DNA of 63,885 nt, filler included, from Octopus bimaculoides (lineage: Eukaryota): the NCBI RefSeq assembly GCF_001194135.2. It is 4 parts of 4 records of this genome, joined end to end, with 100 filler letters (N's around TTAATTAATTAA, not from the genome) between each part and the next. Parts side by side here need not be neighbours in the genome. Positions count along the whole stretch, not along the records: positions 1 to 13,952 come from NC_069004.1; positions 14,053 to 41,455 come from NC_068983.1; 2 more parts are not named here. One strand, 5' to 3'. The position numbers and the translations under genes were made by a program. The number at the start of each line of letters is the position of its first letter. Within the stretch, counting starts at the first letter, position 1. The notes below the pieces were generated by a model. The model did no database searches. It was not told the DNA's origin and saw only the letters and a program-made list of their open reading frames with translations. Shown piece after piece: positions 11,462-22,905 of the stretch.

Positions 11462-11469
11462 GGGTAGAG

Positions 11470-11999
11470 CAGGGATGGGGAAACTTTTTAGTGCGGCGGG
11501 CAAAAATTTCCAGAAAAAAAAAAAAGGTCCGCGGGCAGATCACAAGTTATCACTCTTATATCTGTAAATCTTGTATATATCTTTGTATAATTCGATATAC
11601 ATTAATAAACAAAAAGTTTAATACATTAAATTAACACGTAACATCTTCATTAACGCCGCCACTGAATTTTGGACGGTAACTTATGAGGTATTCTATATTT
11701 TTCAGCTAGAGTGTAGTTGGGTCTCAAGGGGGTGGTACAAACCTAGCAATATGTGTTTTATAGTGAAAACAAAATTTCCGTTTAAATTACAATTGCCGGA
11801 CGATTTTCTGTTCTAGTCAAACCTTTTAAAGTCGTAGTGGAAATGCGACCTATGTCGCAAATAAGCATATGAGTTTTGTATAAATTTTATCATTGAAAAA
11901 TTGACTATATTTTGTACATACAAGTATACCAGCCTGCGGGCCAATAAAATGGGCTCGCTGGAACAACTGCGCCCGCGGGCGGAGGTTTCCTCATCCCTG
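11470..11999. mobile_element. hAT-Charlie-type MITE, 530 bp, with perfect 8-bp TSD
   Basis: TIR CAGGGATGGGGAAAC / GTTTCCTCATCCCTG (14/15); TSD GGGTAGAG at 11462-11469 and 12000-12007 (nnnTAnnn). Confidence 0.93.
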
Positions 12000-12774
12000 G
12001 GGTAGAGTGTTCTTCTTTGACTCGTCAAAAGGTTACTTGTAGAATTTTGATCGAGTAATAAGGTCGATGTCATTTTATCAGAATGACTCGAAGTGATAAA
12101 CATTGACGTCGCCACTAACGGTGTTGTATCCATTTGCATAACTAGTGTAGTATTGGGGCAACTACATAACGCAGTATTTGCAGGCAATGTTAGGGTGTAA
12201 TGAAAAAACAATAAAAATATCATATGAAATGTCAAATATTATATACTATCATATATATGAGATGTCAAATATCACATATTATCATATATCGGATGTCAAA
12301 TATTGCTCCATATCATTTTGAGACTTTGTTATACAATAACTCCATATAGATTTTGTCATATAATTATCGAAAATCCCCCAACATTTAATTCATGGATGTA
12401 GATGTAGAAGTATGTATGTGTACGCGCGCGTGTGCGTGCATATTACAGAATGTATATGTATGCGTGTGACACACACAAACACATATGCACACACACACAT
12501 GTATGTATGTATGTATATATATGTATGTATGTATGTATGTATTTATATAAGTGGATAGGTAGAAACATAGTTTAACATATGTATACATTAATGTATTTAT
12601 ATGTATGTATGTATACTCATAGGTCAACATATGTATACATTTATGTATTTGTATCTATGTATGTATACACATACTCAAACACACTTATGCATACATACAT
12701 ATATACATACATGCATAAATTTATATGTAATATACTTACACACACACACACACATATTTATTACGTGTAACGTG

Positions 12775-12836
<62 letters not shown>

Positions 12837-13599
12837 TGCCAAACAAATACATACAGATCGACAACAACAATAACAACAGTAACATAAGCCAGTAACAAGC
12901 AACAACCCTGTAATTCTTGAAATAATGTGGAGGAATAAAAGAAATTTAACATTTTAATGATGAAAGGAAACGTCAAATGACATTTCTAAGACAATGAAAC
13001 GCTTTATATTGTCTTTGTCGTTGGTGTTGATGGTGGTGGCAGTGGCGGTGGTTGAGTTGGCGAAATATCGATCAGTCTCCATCAATACCAGTTGATGTGT
13101 GGTAGAGTGAAGTGAAGTGGTTTCGACCGGAGGGAACGAAGTGTCAAAGAGAACAATAGGGTTGATATTGTCAAGCTGGAGGAGAAGGAGGAGGAGGCTG
13201 GATAGTGGAGGAAAGATGAAGAGGAGGAGAAGGCTGGAAGATGAGAGAGGAGGAGGGACGAAGATTAAGGGAGGAGGTGGCAGAAGATGAAGGTAGGAGG
13301 AGAGGTGTTGAGGAAAGAGAACGAGGTTGTGGAGGTGACGGTACTCCAAAATAAAGAGTGTGTATTCAGTTTGCGAGTGGCAATATATATGCGTTTGTGT
13401 GTATAAATATAAACGTATACTATTATTCTTTTTTTTTTATTAACTATATATATACGCGTTTGTGTGCATAAATATAAACTTATAAATATATATACTCCTC
13501 AACTATTTAACTACTTTCATCTCGAGAGCTGCGACCTTGCTGGAGCACCACCACCGTTTTATAAATATATATATATATATATATATATAACAATAATAA

Positions 13600-13952
13600 A
13601 TGAATATATGCATATATGCGTACAGGTATGTGCATACCTACGTCTACCTGTATATATAGGTGCATATCTGAGTACAGGACATTGCAAACAAAACGTAGAC
13701 AAGAAAATAATAACCAGAGTACAGAAAACACACAAGCCACATAGAGAACATTTTCCTTCTTCAGCTACCCCCGTTTTAACACCGGCGTTTCGAAGAGTTG
13801 GGCAGGACGCATCGTTAAAACCGCTCTTCCCATGGACCGCAAATTAAATTTGTATACACAAATTAAACCTGTGCAATGGAGGAATGTAGTGGCGGACAAA
13901 AAACAAGACAGGAAAACAAACGGAAAAGGCTGTGCGGCCAGACGTGAAAAAT
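13600..13952. repeat. dispersed repeat, also present inverted at 58187-58360
   Basis: 13608-13794 is the reverse complement of 58187-58360 apart from a short internal deletion in the latter. Both abut (TA)n. Confidence 0.85.
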
Positions 13953-14052
13953 NNNNNNNNNNNNNNNNNNNNNNNNNNNNNNNNNNNNNNNNNNNNTTAA
14001 TTAATTAANNNNNNNNNNNNNNNNNNNNNNNNNNNNNNNNNNNNNNNNNNNN
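13953..14052. other. artificial 100-bp scaffold join (44 N + TTAATTAATTAA + 44 N)
   Basis: Identical construct at 41456-41555 and 56492-56591. The 12-mer is a palindromic six-frame stop linker. Confidence 0.95.
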
Positions 14053-14129
<77 letters not shown>

Positions 14130-15863
14130 TTCTACACAGCTACCAAGATGGTGATGTTTTCCGTGCAGCTATATCTAACTAATTAACGAACATTTACAAT
14201 GTTTTTAATTGAACAGCTTGTGGTATATATGATTGATTGAGAAATTCTTTTTATGGCCGTTTCTATCCATGTTAGATTAACGTGAATACTAAAAGCGCCT
14301 GTTTAAGCAGAAAACGTTTTGTTTTTATTATGTTTTTCTGTAAGTTTTGCTTTCTGTTTTGCAGTTTTCCTTAAAAAACCATTTCCTCTTAATGCATCAG
14401 TAATTGTGCAGTGTAATTAATTATTTTTTCATGCAATATATTAGATATTTCGTTAATTTTGTTGATTGCAACTGATGGAATTGTTATTGGATGGTTAAAA
14501 TGTCTATTGACGGATTGCAGTTCTATTGACGGATTACAGGACGGTACTAAGAAGAGGTTACGTAGCTTAATTTCTAAACTTTTTAAGTGGCAACGGTTTA
14601 GTTCAGTCGGTAGCATTGAAATGGAATCGTTTCACTGTTGCTATTAAGTTATTCCTATATTTGTAGTCGTCCGTGTAGAACACTATGATAAGCCCACTGT
14701 CTACGTACAGCCTTATAATAAACTTTTATTTTGTTGGAAGATTCCATTAGTCTTAACGATATTAACATTAGCAGCTTCAGAAAGAAGATTGACAAACAGT
14801 TTTATGTCTGTTTGGGTAGTTACAATGCATTCGAAGTGTACAGCCTGTAAATATAACAAACTGCATTAGTATTTCCCCAAGTTCCAGCATATCTTTTGAA
14901 TAAAGACGTAATTTATTCAGAAAACTAGATATGACACGAAAACCATCAACTGCTTTATAGGAGTTCAAAGAAAATGTAATACAATTTGTCATAGATTAAT
15001 GTGAAGGGTGCACAGAGTTGAAGAAACCTTTAACGTTACAATATTTAAATGGTTGTAGCTTTCTGCATTCTAAATGTTATGCCTCGCTTCATTATGTATT
15101 TTTATCATCATAAGTGTGAATATTATTTATTTATTGATCATCAGTTTTTGAGTAACACCGGCAATATTATTCTTCACATGTTATGCTGTTTGTGTTTATG
15201 CTGTTTCATCGCAATAAGATTATTCAAACGATCTGTTCCTGTATCAAGAAAGGTGTTATTTCCCGGTCACAAGTCAACCAAACAAATCTTCCATCTCCTC
15301 CCTTCAAAATTAGGAGTAGAACCGATTATACTTTCTCGGCTTTGCATGAAAGAAATTCATTGGAACTGGTAAATGAAATATGTATTTTCACTGGAGTTTA
15401 TCTGTAGTTCCGTATGGAATTTTTCTAAAGGCAATCATTGATAGTCCTTCACAAGTCAGAAATAAGATTCAGTCAGTTTCCTTGAAAAGGGTTTCCTGTT
15501 GAAGTGAAGTAACAGTTGCTCTTATGAATTAGAAGGAAAAGGGGTCGCGGGGTCGACCGTGTAGCAGCAGGAGAAAATGAGATCTAGAGATTTGCCGATG
15601 TTTTGAAATCAGAGTAGAAATACGTCGACAGGTTTAATACCAGTCGATCGTCCTTAGGTAAATTTAGTGCAGACAATATTGCTTGTGTACTCAACGTTGT
15701 TAGAGTACACAATACTACCAGTGTTTCAGCCAGGGGACTGCTCCGAAGATGACCACATTACCTTTCACCGAACAGATTCAGAATCCTTGAAGTGGTCAGA
15801 TGAGCAGGCCATCTTCAAAACGAATTCTTTCAAAGGAACCACATTTCACAGTAGTACACATAT

Positions 15864-15899
<36 letters not shown>

Positions 15900-16492
15900 C
15901 GCGCGCGCATCACATCACGTACACACACATACTCACAACATGCACACTCATATATATANNNNNNNNNNNNNNNNNNNNNNNNNNNNNNNNNNNNNNNNNN
16001 NNNNNNNNNNNNNNNNNNNNNNNNNNNNNNNNNNNNNNNNNNNNNNNNNNNNNNNNNNNNNNNNNNNNNNNNNNNNNNNNNNNNNNNNNNNNNNNNNNNN
16101 NNNNNNNNNNNNNNNNNNNNNNNNNNNNNNNNNNNNNNNNNNNNNNNNNNNNNNNNNNNNNNNNNNNNNNNNNNNNNNNNNNNNNNNNNNNNNNNNNNNN
16201 NNNNNNNNNNNNNNNNNNNNNNNNNNNNNNNNNNNNNNNNNNNNNNNNNNNNNNNNNNNNNNNNNNNNNNNNNNNNNNNNNNNNNNNNNNNNNNNNNNNN
16301 NNNNNNNNNNNNNNNNNNNNNNNNNNNNNNNNNNNNNNNNNNNNNNNNNNNNNNNNNNNNNNNNNNNNNNNNNNNNNNNNNNNNNNNNNNNNNNNNNNNN
16401 NNNNNNNNNNNNNNNNNNNNNNNNNNNNNNNNNNNNNNNNNNNNNNNNNNNNNNNNNNNNNNNNNNNNNNNNNNNNNNNNNNNNNNNNNNNN

Positions 16493-16543
<51 letters not shown>

Positions 16544-16690
16544 ACAGAATGACAATGAATATAAAATGGGATTTCGATACTTGGGTCGAAGTGAAGTGAA
16601 ACTCCTTCCCTTGTCATTTATTGTTCGGCTGATAAGACGCCATAACGCAAGCTTTTTCTCAAGGTTACTCTTAAAGACAAGAAATCTTAC

Positions 16691-16735
16691 GTAATGGCAT
16701 CCTCTCCCTACCCCCTCTCTTGACCAGCGAATCAA
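16691..16735 (-). CDS. candidate 45-nt internal exon (C)
   Basis: Acceptor CCCTCTCTATCTGTCAG, donor TAC|GTAAGA. Phase 1 reads xDSLVKRGGRERMPL, phase 0 LIRWSREGVGRGCHY. Confidence 0.5.
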
Positions 16736-16878
16736 CTGACAGATAGAGAGGGTAGCATCATGATGCAGCAGTTAGTTTATTTATCACCGAATATATGAAT
16801 GGCTAAGCTGACCTTGACGGGATTTGTACGAAGTAGTAGGCATCTCTTTCTCCATGTGGTTATTCCCCTCCTGAAAAG

Positions 16879-16897
16879 TATGCGTGTGTATATTTAT

Positions 16898-16990
<93 letters not shown>

Positions 16991-17378
16991 CGCACACATA
17001 AACACACATATACACACAAATACACACGTGCACACAAAACACAGACACAGACACAAACACACAACACGCACACACAAACACGCACATACACACAAATACA
17101 CACGTGCGTATACAAAACACACACACACAAACACGCACACACAAACACACACAAAACACACACACAAGACACACACATACAAACACACACAAACACACGC
17201 ACACACAAACACGCACACACAAACACACACATACACACAAATACAGACGTGCACACACACAAACACATATGCACACACAAAAAACATGCACACACAAACA
17301 CACACAGAAACACACACAAACACATGCACATGCACATTTACACGCACGCACACACACACACACACTCACACACACACA
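16879..17378. repeat. (CA)n plus CA-derived degenerate satellite
   Basis: About 100 bp pure CA followed by about 400 bp degenerate CA with recurring CACAAATACA(C/G)ACGTG. Confidence 0.95.
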
Positions 17379-17932
17379 TGGAGGGATAGTGAAAGAAAAA
17401 GAGTGAATTGAGACAGAAAGGTATTTTTGTTGGGTCAAATGCGTTAGTCGTTATCAATAGTGCTGGTACCGATAATGTAGATAAAGATGGTGTTGATAAT
17501 GATGGTGTTGATACTGCTGGCGGCGGCGTCGGCGTCGGCGGCGGTGGTGGTGGTGCTGCTGGTGTTCTTACGTAGAAGCAAGCTGAAGAAACGGGAGTGC
17601 AGCTTCGGCGTTATGGCGGAGGCGGTGGTGTAAGCGTAAATTCAATGTTACGGATGTTGAGAAGTAAGCGGAAGCGGGAGCGGTGGGCGGCGGTGGATGA
17701 ATATGTTCTGTTTAGTAGATCGATAAACTAAAACCAGATATTTCTTTTGAATATCTGCTATCAGAACAAATTATTTCAGCTGTTTCTTCGCAAAAGAGAT
17801 AGAGGTGGCATGCGGCCTGGTTCTTACACTACACTTCTTTTGAATTGCTTGTTGTGAATAAAGCGAAAAGATGAAAGCAAAATGGAGGAAAAAGTGAGTT
17901 TGCAAAGGAGCTATTTCAGTTGCAGAAACTGC

Positions 17933-17947
17933 TCTGTGATTGGCTGA
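17933..17947 (-). promoter_or_regulatory. CCAAT (NF-Y-like) box upstream of a candidate first exon ending at 17572
   Basis: Minus strand TCAGCCAATCACAG; CpG-enriched 17520-17700; donor TAC|GTAAGA at 17572/17571. Confidence 0.3.
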
Positions 17948-17983
17948 AATTACAGATTTGGCCGCACGCTAACAACTTCTACA

Positions 17984-18038
17984 AGTAGTAGTAGTAGTGG
18001 TGGTGATGGTGGTGGTGGTGGTGGTGGTGGTGGTGGTG

Positions 18039-18115
<77 letters not shown>

Positions 18116-18195
18116 GGTGGTGGTGGTGGCGGCGGCGGTGGCGGCGGCAGTAGTAGTAGTAGTAGTAGTAGAAGTAGTAGTAGTAGTAGTAGTAA

Positions 18196-18253
<58 letters not shown>
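17984..18253. repeat. compound trinucleotide microsatellite (GTA/GTG/GCA/GCG)
   Basis: Directly visible in-register switching of triplet units. Confidence 0.97.
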
Positions 18254-18254
<1 letters not shown>

Positions 18255-18709
18255 TATTGTTGATAAATATAGAAATTGAGAATTGAGAATTGTACTTTTC
18301 AAGTTTTTCTAAATATTACAAAAGTTTTAGCCCCAGGCAGCAGGCAGAAGCTGAATATATCAACTTTACTTCCACAGAGAAATAAAAGCAATGGTTTAAC
18401 GGAGTTTCTTTAAAGCAGAGACGAGACAATGCAGGAAATAGCAGCTATTATCTCGTAGATGAGATGATCCCCTAAATGCATGTACAAACACGAGATCACG
18501 TTTTATCCATCCTATTGATATTAATGGTCAAGATAGAGAACTGTGTCTTATCTCCTGTATCATCTTTATCATTCTTATTTGACTTTTGATGCTGTTTACA
18601 AGTGAAGAGAATTTTATACTTGACAATAGATTGAAGTGCATCCGTCATTTCCTGGAATAGCAACCCTAATTCGGATATATGTAATAAAATTTATTAATCT
18701 TGTCTTATA

Positions 18710-19085
18710 TCTTTTATTTTTTTACTTGTTTCAGTCATTAGACTGCGGCCATGCTGGGGCACCGCCTTGGCGAGTTTCTTGACAAATTAATCGACCCCAG
18801 GACTTATTTTTGTACTTGTACTTATTCTGTCGACGTCTTTTGCCGAACTGATAACTTACGGAGATGTAAACACACCAACACCGGTTGTCAAGCGGTGGTG
18901 AGGACAAACACAGACAGACAGATTGATAGACAGGTAGGTATGTATGTATGTATGTATGTATGTATGTATGTATGTATGTATGTATGCATGCATGTGGGTG
19001 GGTAGGTAGGTAGGCAGGCAGACACACACAGACAGACAGACAGACAGACCGACAGACAGACAGACAGACAGACAGACAGGCAGGC

Positions 19086-19159
<74 letters not shown>

Positions 19160-19315
19160 GGCGGGTTTCTTTCAGTTTCCGTCTACCAAATCCACTCACA
19201 AAGCTTTGGTCGACCGGAAGCCATCGCAGAAGACATTTGCCCAAAGTTCCACGCAGGGGGAACTGAATCCGGAACCATGTGGTTGGGAAGCAAGATTCTT
19301 ACCACACAGCCACGC
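18710..19315 (-). mobile_element. full bipartite SINE family B with expanded internal microsatellite
   Basis: 3' half 18710-18910, (ATGT)/(GACA)/(GATA) spacer, 5' half 19160-19315. Confidence 0.88.
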
Positions 19316-19535
19316 CTATTTCGGAGACGATACACATCGGGGGGAGGGAGTAATTCAAAGCTCAACCCACTGGACATGTTATGGCTGCTATTATAACAGT
19401 TTAAACTACGACCGCCGCCACTCCCTTTACCATCGCCACTCGACACACCGTATGGGGTGAAGTGTATCTCCTTTATTTTCAAACAATTATCTTTTGGTAG
19501 CTAAAAACCCAGTCATCAAATGAACCGTTTGCGAG

Positions 19536-19627
19536 TTCTTTGGTGCTGAAGATGTTTCTTGAAAGATCTAGTAACCCTGGCTTCTTTGGTGCTGAAGATG
19601 TTTCTTGAAAGATCTAGTAACCCTGGC
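19536..19627. repeat. perfect 46-bp tandem duplication
   Basis: TTCTTTGGTGCTGAAGATGTTTCTTGAAAGATCTAGTAACCCTGGC x2. Confidence 0.97.
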
Positions 19628-20328
19628 TTCATTCGTTGCACATGATGCTGTTACGATCTGGAGATGCTTCATCAACAGCACACCATCCCTTTTAAGGCAC
19701 AAGAAAGACTACAATGTCCACTGTTCTTTCTGTTTTAAGACAGTAGGTAGGATTTGAGAGATATCTGGCTGCTATGTCTAGCAGATCTAGTGACCACCTA
19801 CAGTCGGCTCACTGGGCAAGATCTATAGAATGTTGGTGTAATAGTTCTTAGTAATAGAAAAATATTCCGTTCGATGGCTTACAGGAGAGATAAGACGCAC
19901 GCTTTGCTGCTATCCATACTTTATATTTGCGTAAATTACAACTGTTATGGAAAAATATATACATACATACGTGTGTGGGAGGGGGTGTAACTACAATGCT
20001 GGATTTTACATCCGATAAATATTTACAGATATAGCTAAAGTGTTTGAGTTAACACGTGATAAGCATTTCTGTGCAGTCCTTCAGTATTACTGACGTTGTA
20101 ACTCTTATCAGATTTGACTTCAATTTTCTGTAACAATAACTATGCATATCTTCAAAGATATCGATAAGGTGACCACAATGTATATTTAGAAGATTAAACA
20201 CGCGAATAATATTGTAAGATAGAACGGAGTTTTGCAGCAGCCATTTTTCTGTGTTACACCTGCAGTATTAATCTATGTGTATGTATATCACAGCAGAAGG
20301 TCGGTGTTCGATTGAACTGTAGGATGAC

Positions 20329-20652
20329 GCCCTTCGGCCATGTATCACCATGGTATTGCACCTAGAGAGTTACCTTCCGAGGCACAAGTCCGGGCCAGGT
20401 TGTTTACGGAAGACCAGAAGTCACATATGAATGCCAGCCTTCCCTCTCCATGCCACCGATGTTATCCAAGGGAAAGGCAAAAGGGCCGATACAGCTTGGT
20501 ATCCGTGATGTCGCAACTCATTTCTACATCTGTGTGAACTGGAGCAACGTGAAATAAAGTGTCTTGCTCAAGAACACAACACGCAACTCGGTCCGGGAGT
20601 CGAACTCACAACCTCACGATCTTAAACTCGACGCTCTAACCACTGAGTCATG
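20329..20652 (-). mobile_element. SINE family C variant (distinct 3' half)
   Basis: tRNA-like head CATGACTCAGTGGTTAGAGCG..GAGTTCGACTCC, then TTCTTGAGCAAGACACTTTATTTCACGTTGCTCCAGTTCA shared with family C. Confidence 0.88.
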
Positions 20653-20734
20653 AACTCTAAGGAAGACATGTTTATGGTCATTGAAGGAGGCTAGAGGAGA
20701 GAGTGAAAGTTTTGAAGAGAAAGAAATTTAATAG

Positions 20735-20895
20735 GAGGTGGGGGTGGGATCAGTCGATTACATCGACCCTAGTCCTCGATTGGTACTTATTTCAACGACT
20801 TCGAAAGGACTTCGGCGGAGTTTGAAGTTAGAAAGTAATGACAGGTGAAACTCTGCTAAACCTTGTGCCCGGCGTGCTAACGATTCTGCCAGCTC
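20735..20895 (-). mobile_element. SINE family A copy (degenerate)
   Basis: GTCGATTACATCGACCC..GGTACTTA..GCTAACGATTCTGCCAGCT. Confidence 0.85.
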
Positions 20896-22137
20896 CCCAC
20901 CACCACCACCGCCATCACCACCACCACCACCACCATCACCACCACCACCACCATCACCACCGCCGCCTTCGGGAGAGTAATTATTGAAAAATGCTTCCGT
21001 TTGTGACAGTGGAGTAGTTAGGGAACAGAGCAGAGCGGCTGCACTTGACTGGTGTCACATGCTGTGGCACTGTGCCTGCAATCTTTCAAAATATTTCTGT
21101 AGGGATTCTACTATTAAAAACGTTTTTAACAAGAATCCTGACTAGCTCTCGAGCCCACAGTTTTAAGGTAATGGAAGAGTTACTATTAAGGCCAATGATT
21201 TCGTTCGCTTTATTTGAGAAAAGGTGTTTTTGAACTTGTTGCCGGTGTGAACGCGGTCTAGAGTCTGGTGGAGTTAGATTTCCAGAGGAGTCTTGTCAAG
21301 CATATACAATATGGAGGCATGCGTCACTCGAGTCGCAGATATTGAAGCTTTCTTCGCAAGAATATTGCTATATAGCAATCATCGTTGAGTTTTGGTGAGG
21401 AGGATTCGGTAAGAGTGGTTTCCGATCCTTCTGGAAGTGAACCAGGACGATCGGTTACAATTTAAAAGGCATAAAGAGCTGGCAGATTGATGTACACAAA
21501 GGTTTATCTCGCTTTTTGGATGGTATCCTAACATATGTTGTCATGGTAAATTAAAACCCTTCATTTACCTGTAGCGTTAGAGTTTCTGGTTATTTTTCTG
21601 CATTGCTGTCCTTCTATTGTCTGTCAACCACTTGAACTGGGCTTGCTAAAGGATCGTTTCTTTAAAATATTCGATTTGACAAAGATTTTGCTGTTATTTC
21701 TTGCAATTCGTCTGACTCCATACAAGCCTCGTCGTTGGTTCATAATCCACCAATTATTGGAGGAGCTTTAGGAATATTTAGCGAAAGTAATGGAATCTAG
21801 TGTGGCAGTGTGCGAGTGAGAATTTGAACCCGAAAAACGGTCAGTGTTTGTTGCTGATATCTATGGAAGTGGGGTGAATGATAAGGAGATCGAATCACGC
21901 ACACTTCTTTTTTCAGAGAAAAGTCAGAAGGAAGCAGGTAACCTGGACAGCACTGATGGATTGCATTAAATTAAGTTAATTTACTAAATTAAAACGTGGC
22001 TGTGTAGTAAGAAGTTTCCTTGTCACCCACATGCGTGGCACCTTGGGCAAGTGTCTCTTACTATAGCCTTGGGCCGACCTACACTTTGTGAGTGGATTTC
22101 GAAGACGGAAACTGAAAGAATCCCGTCGTATATATAT

Positions 22138-22299
22138 GCAGGAGTGGCTGTGTGGTAAGTAGCTTGCTTATCAACCACATGGTTCCGGGTTCAGTGCCAC
22201 TGCGTGGCACCTTGGGCAAGTGTCTTCTACTATAACCTCGGGCCGACCAAAGCCTTGTGAGTGGATTTGGTAGACGGAAACTGAAAGAAACCCATCGTA

Positions 22300-22348
<49 letters not shown>

Positions 22349-22574
22349 GTGTGTGTGTTTGTGTGTGTGTGTTTGTCCCCCTAGCATTGCTTGAAAACCG
22401 ATGCTGGTGTGTTTATGTCTCCGTCACTTAGCGGTTCGGCAAAAGAGACCGATAGAATAAGTACTAGGCTTACAAAGAATAAGTCCCGGTTTCGATTTGC
22501 TCGACTAAAGGGGGTGCTCCAGCATGGCCGCAGTCAAATGACTGAAACAAATAAAAGAGTAAAAGAGTAAAAGA
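22138..22574 (+). mobile_element. near-intact full-length SINE family B (a partial copy precedes it at about 21995-22137)
   Basis: GCAGGAGTGGCTGTGTGGTAAG head, GGTTCAGT B-box, (TA)/(TG) spacer, 3' half ending CAGCATGGCCGCAGTCAAATGACTGAAAC and a TAAAAGAG tail. Confidence 0.95.
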
Positions 22575-22592
22575 TATATATATGTATGTAGG

Positions 22593-22626
<34 letters not shown>

Positions 22627-22699
22627 TGTATGTATGTATGTATTTATGTATGTGTGTGTGTGTGCGTGCGTGCGTGTGTGAGTGTGTATGAACGTGTCT

Positions 22700-22905
22700 T
22701 TGTCAACAACTGCTGCTTGGCAACCAGTGTTGGTGTGCTTACATCCCTGTAACTTAACGGTTCAGCAAAAATGATCAGTAGAACAAATGCCAGTCTTTAA
22801 AAACGAAAAAATAATAAGTACCGGAATTGATCGGTTTGACTAAAAGTTTTGGAGACGGTGCTCCAGCATGGCCGCAGTCTAATGACTGAAACAAGTAAAA
22901 GAGAA
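22700..22905 (+). mobile_element. SINE family B 3' half
   Basis: TGGTGTGCTTACATCCCTGTAACTTAACGGTTCAGCAAAA..CAGCATGGCCGCAGTCTAATGACTGAAACAAGTAAAAGA. Confidence 0.85.

Noticed and set aside
12993-13094. Signal-peptide-like MKRFILSLSLVLMVVAVAVVELA on plus
   Set aside because: 33 codons to a stop, built from decayed GGT/GTT repeats, no convincing donor.
16784-17438. Cys/Val- or His/Thr-rich ORFs of 100-196 aa (and all similar CV, HT, YI, RE, poly-I/Y ORFs)
   Set aside because: Translations of dinucleotide and trinucleotide microsatellites.
22138-22210. tRNA genes at SINE heads (also 20580-20652, 51420-51500)
   Set aside because: A/B boxes present but no cloverleaf, and each continues into a SINE body.
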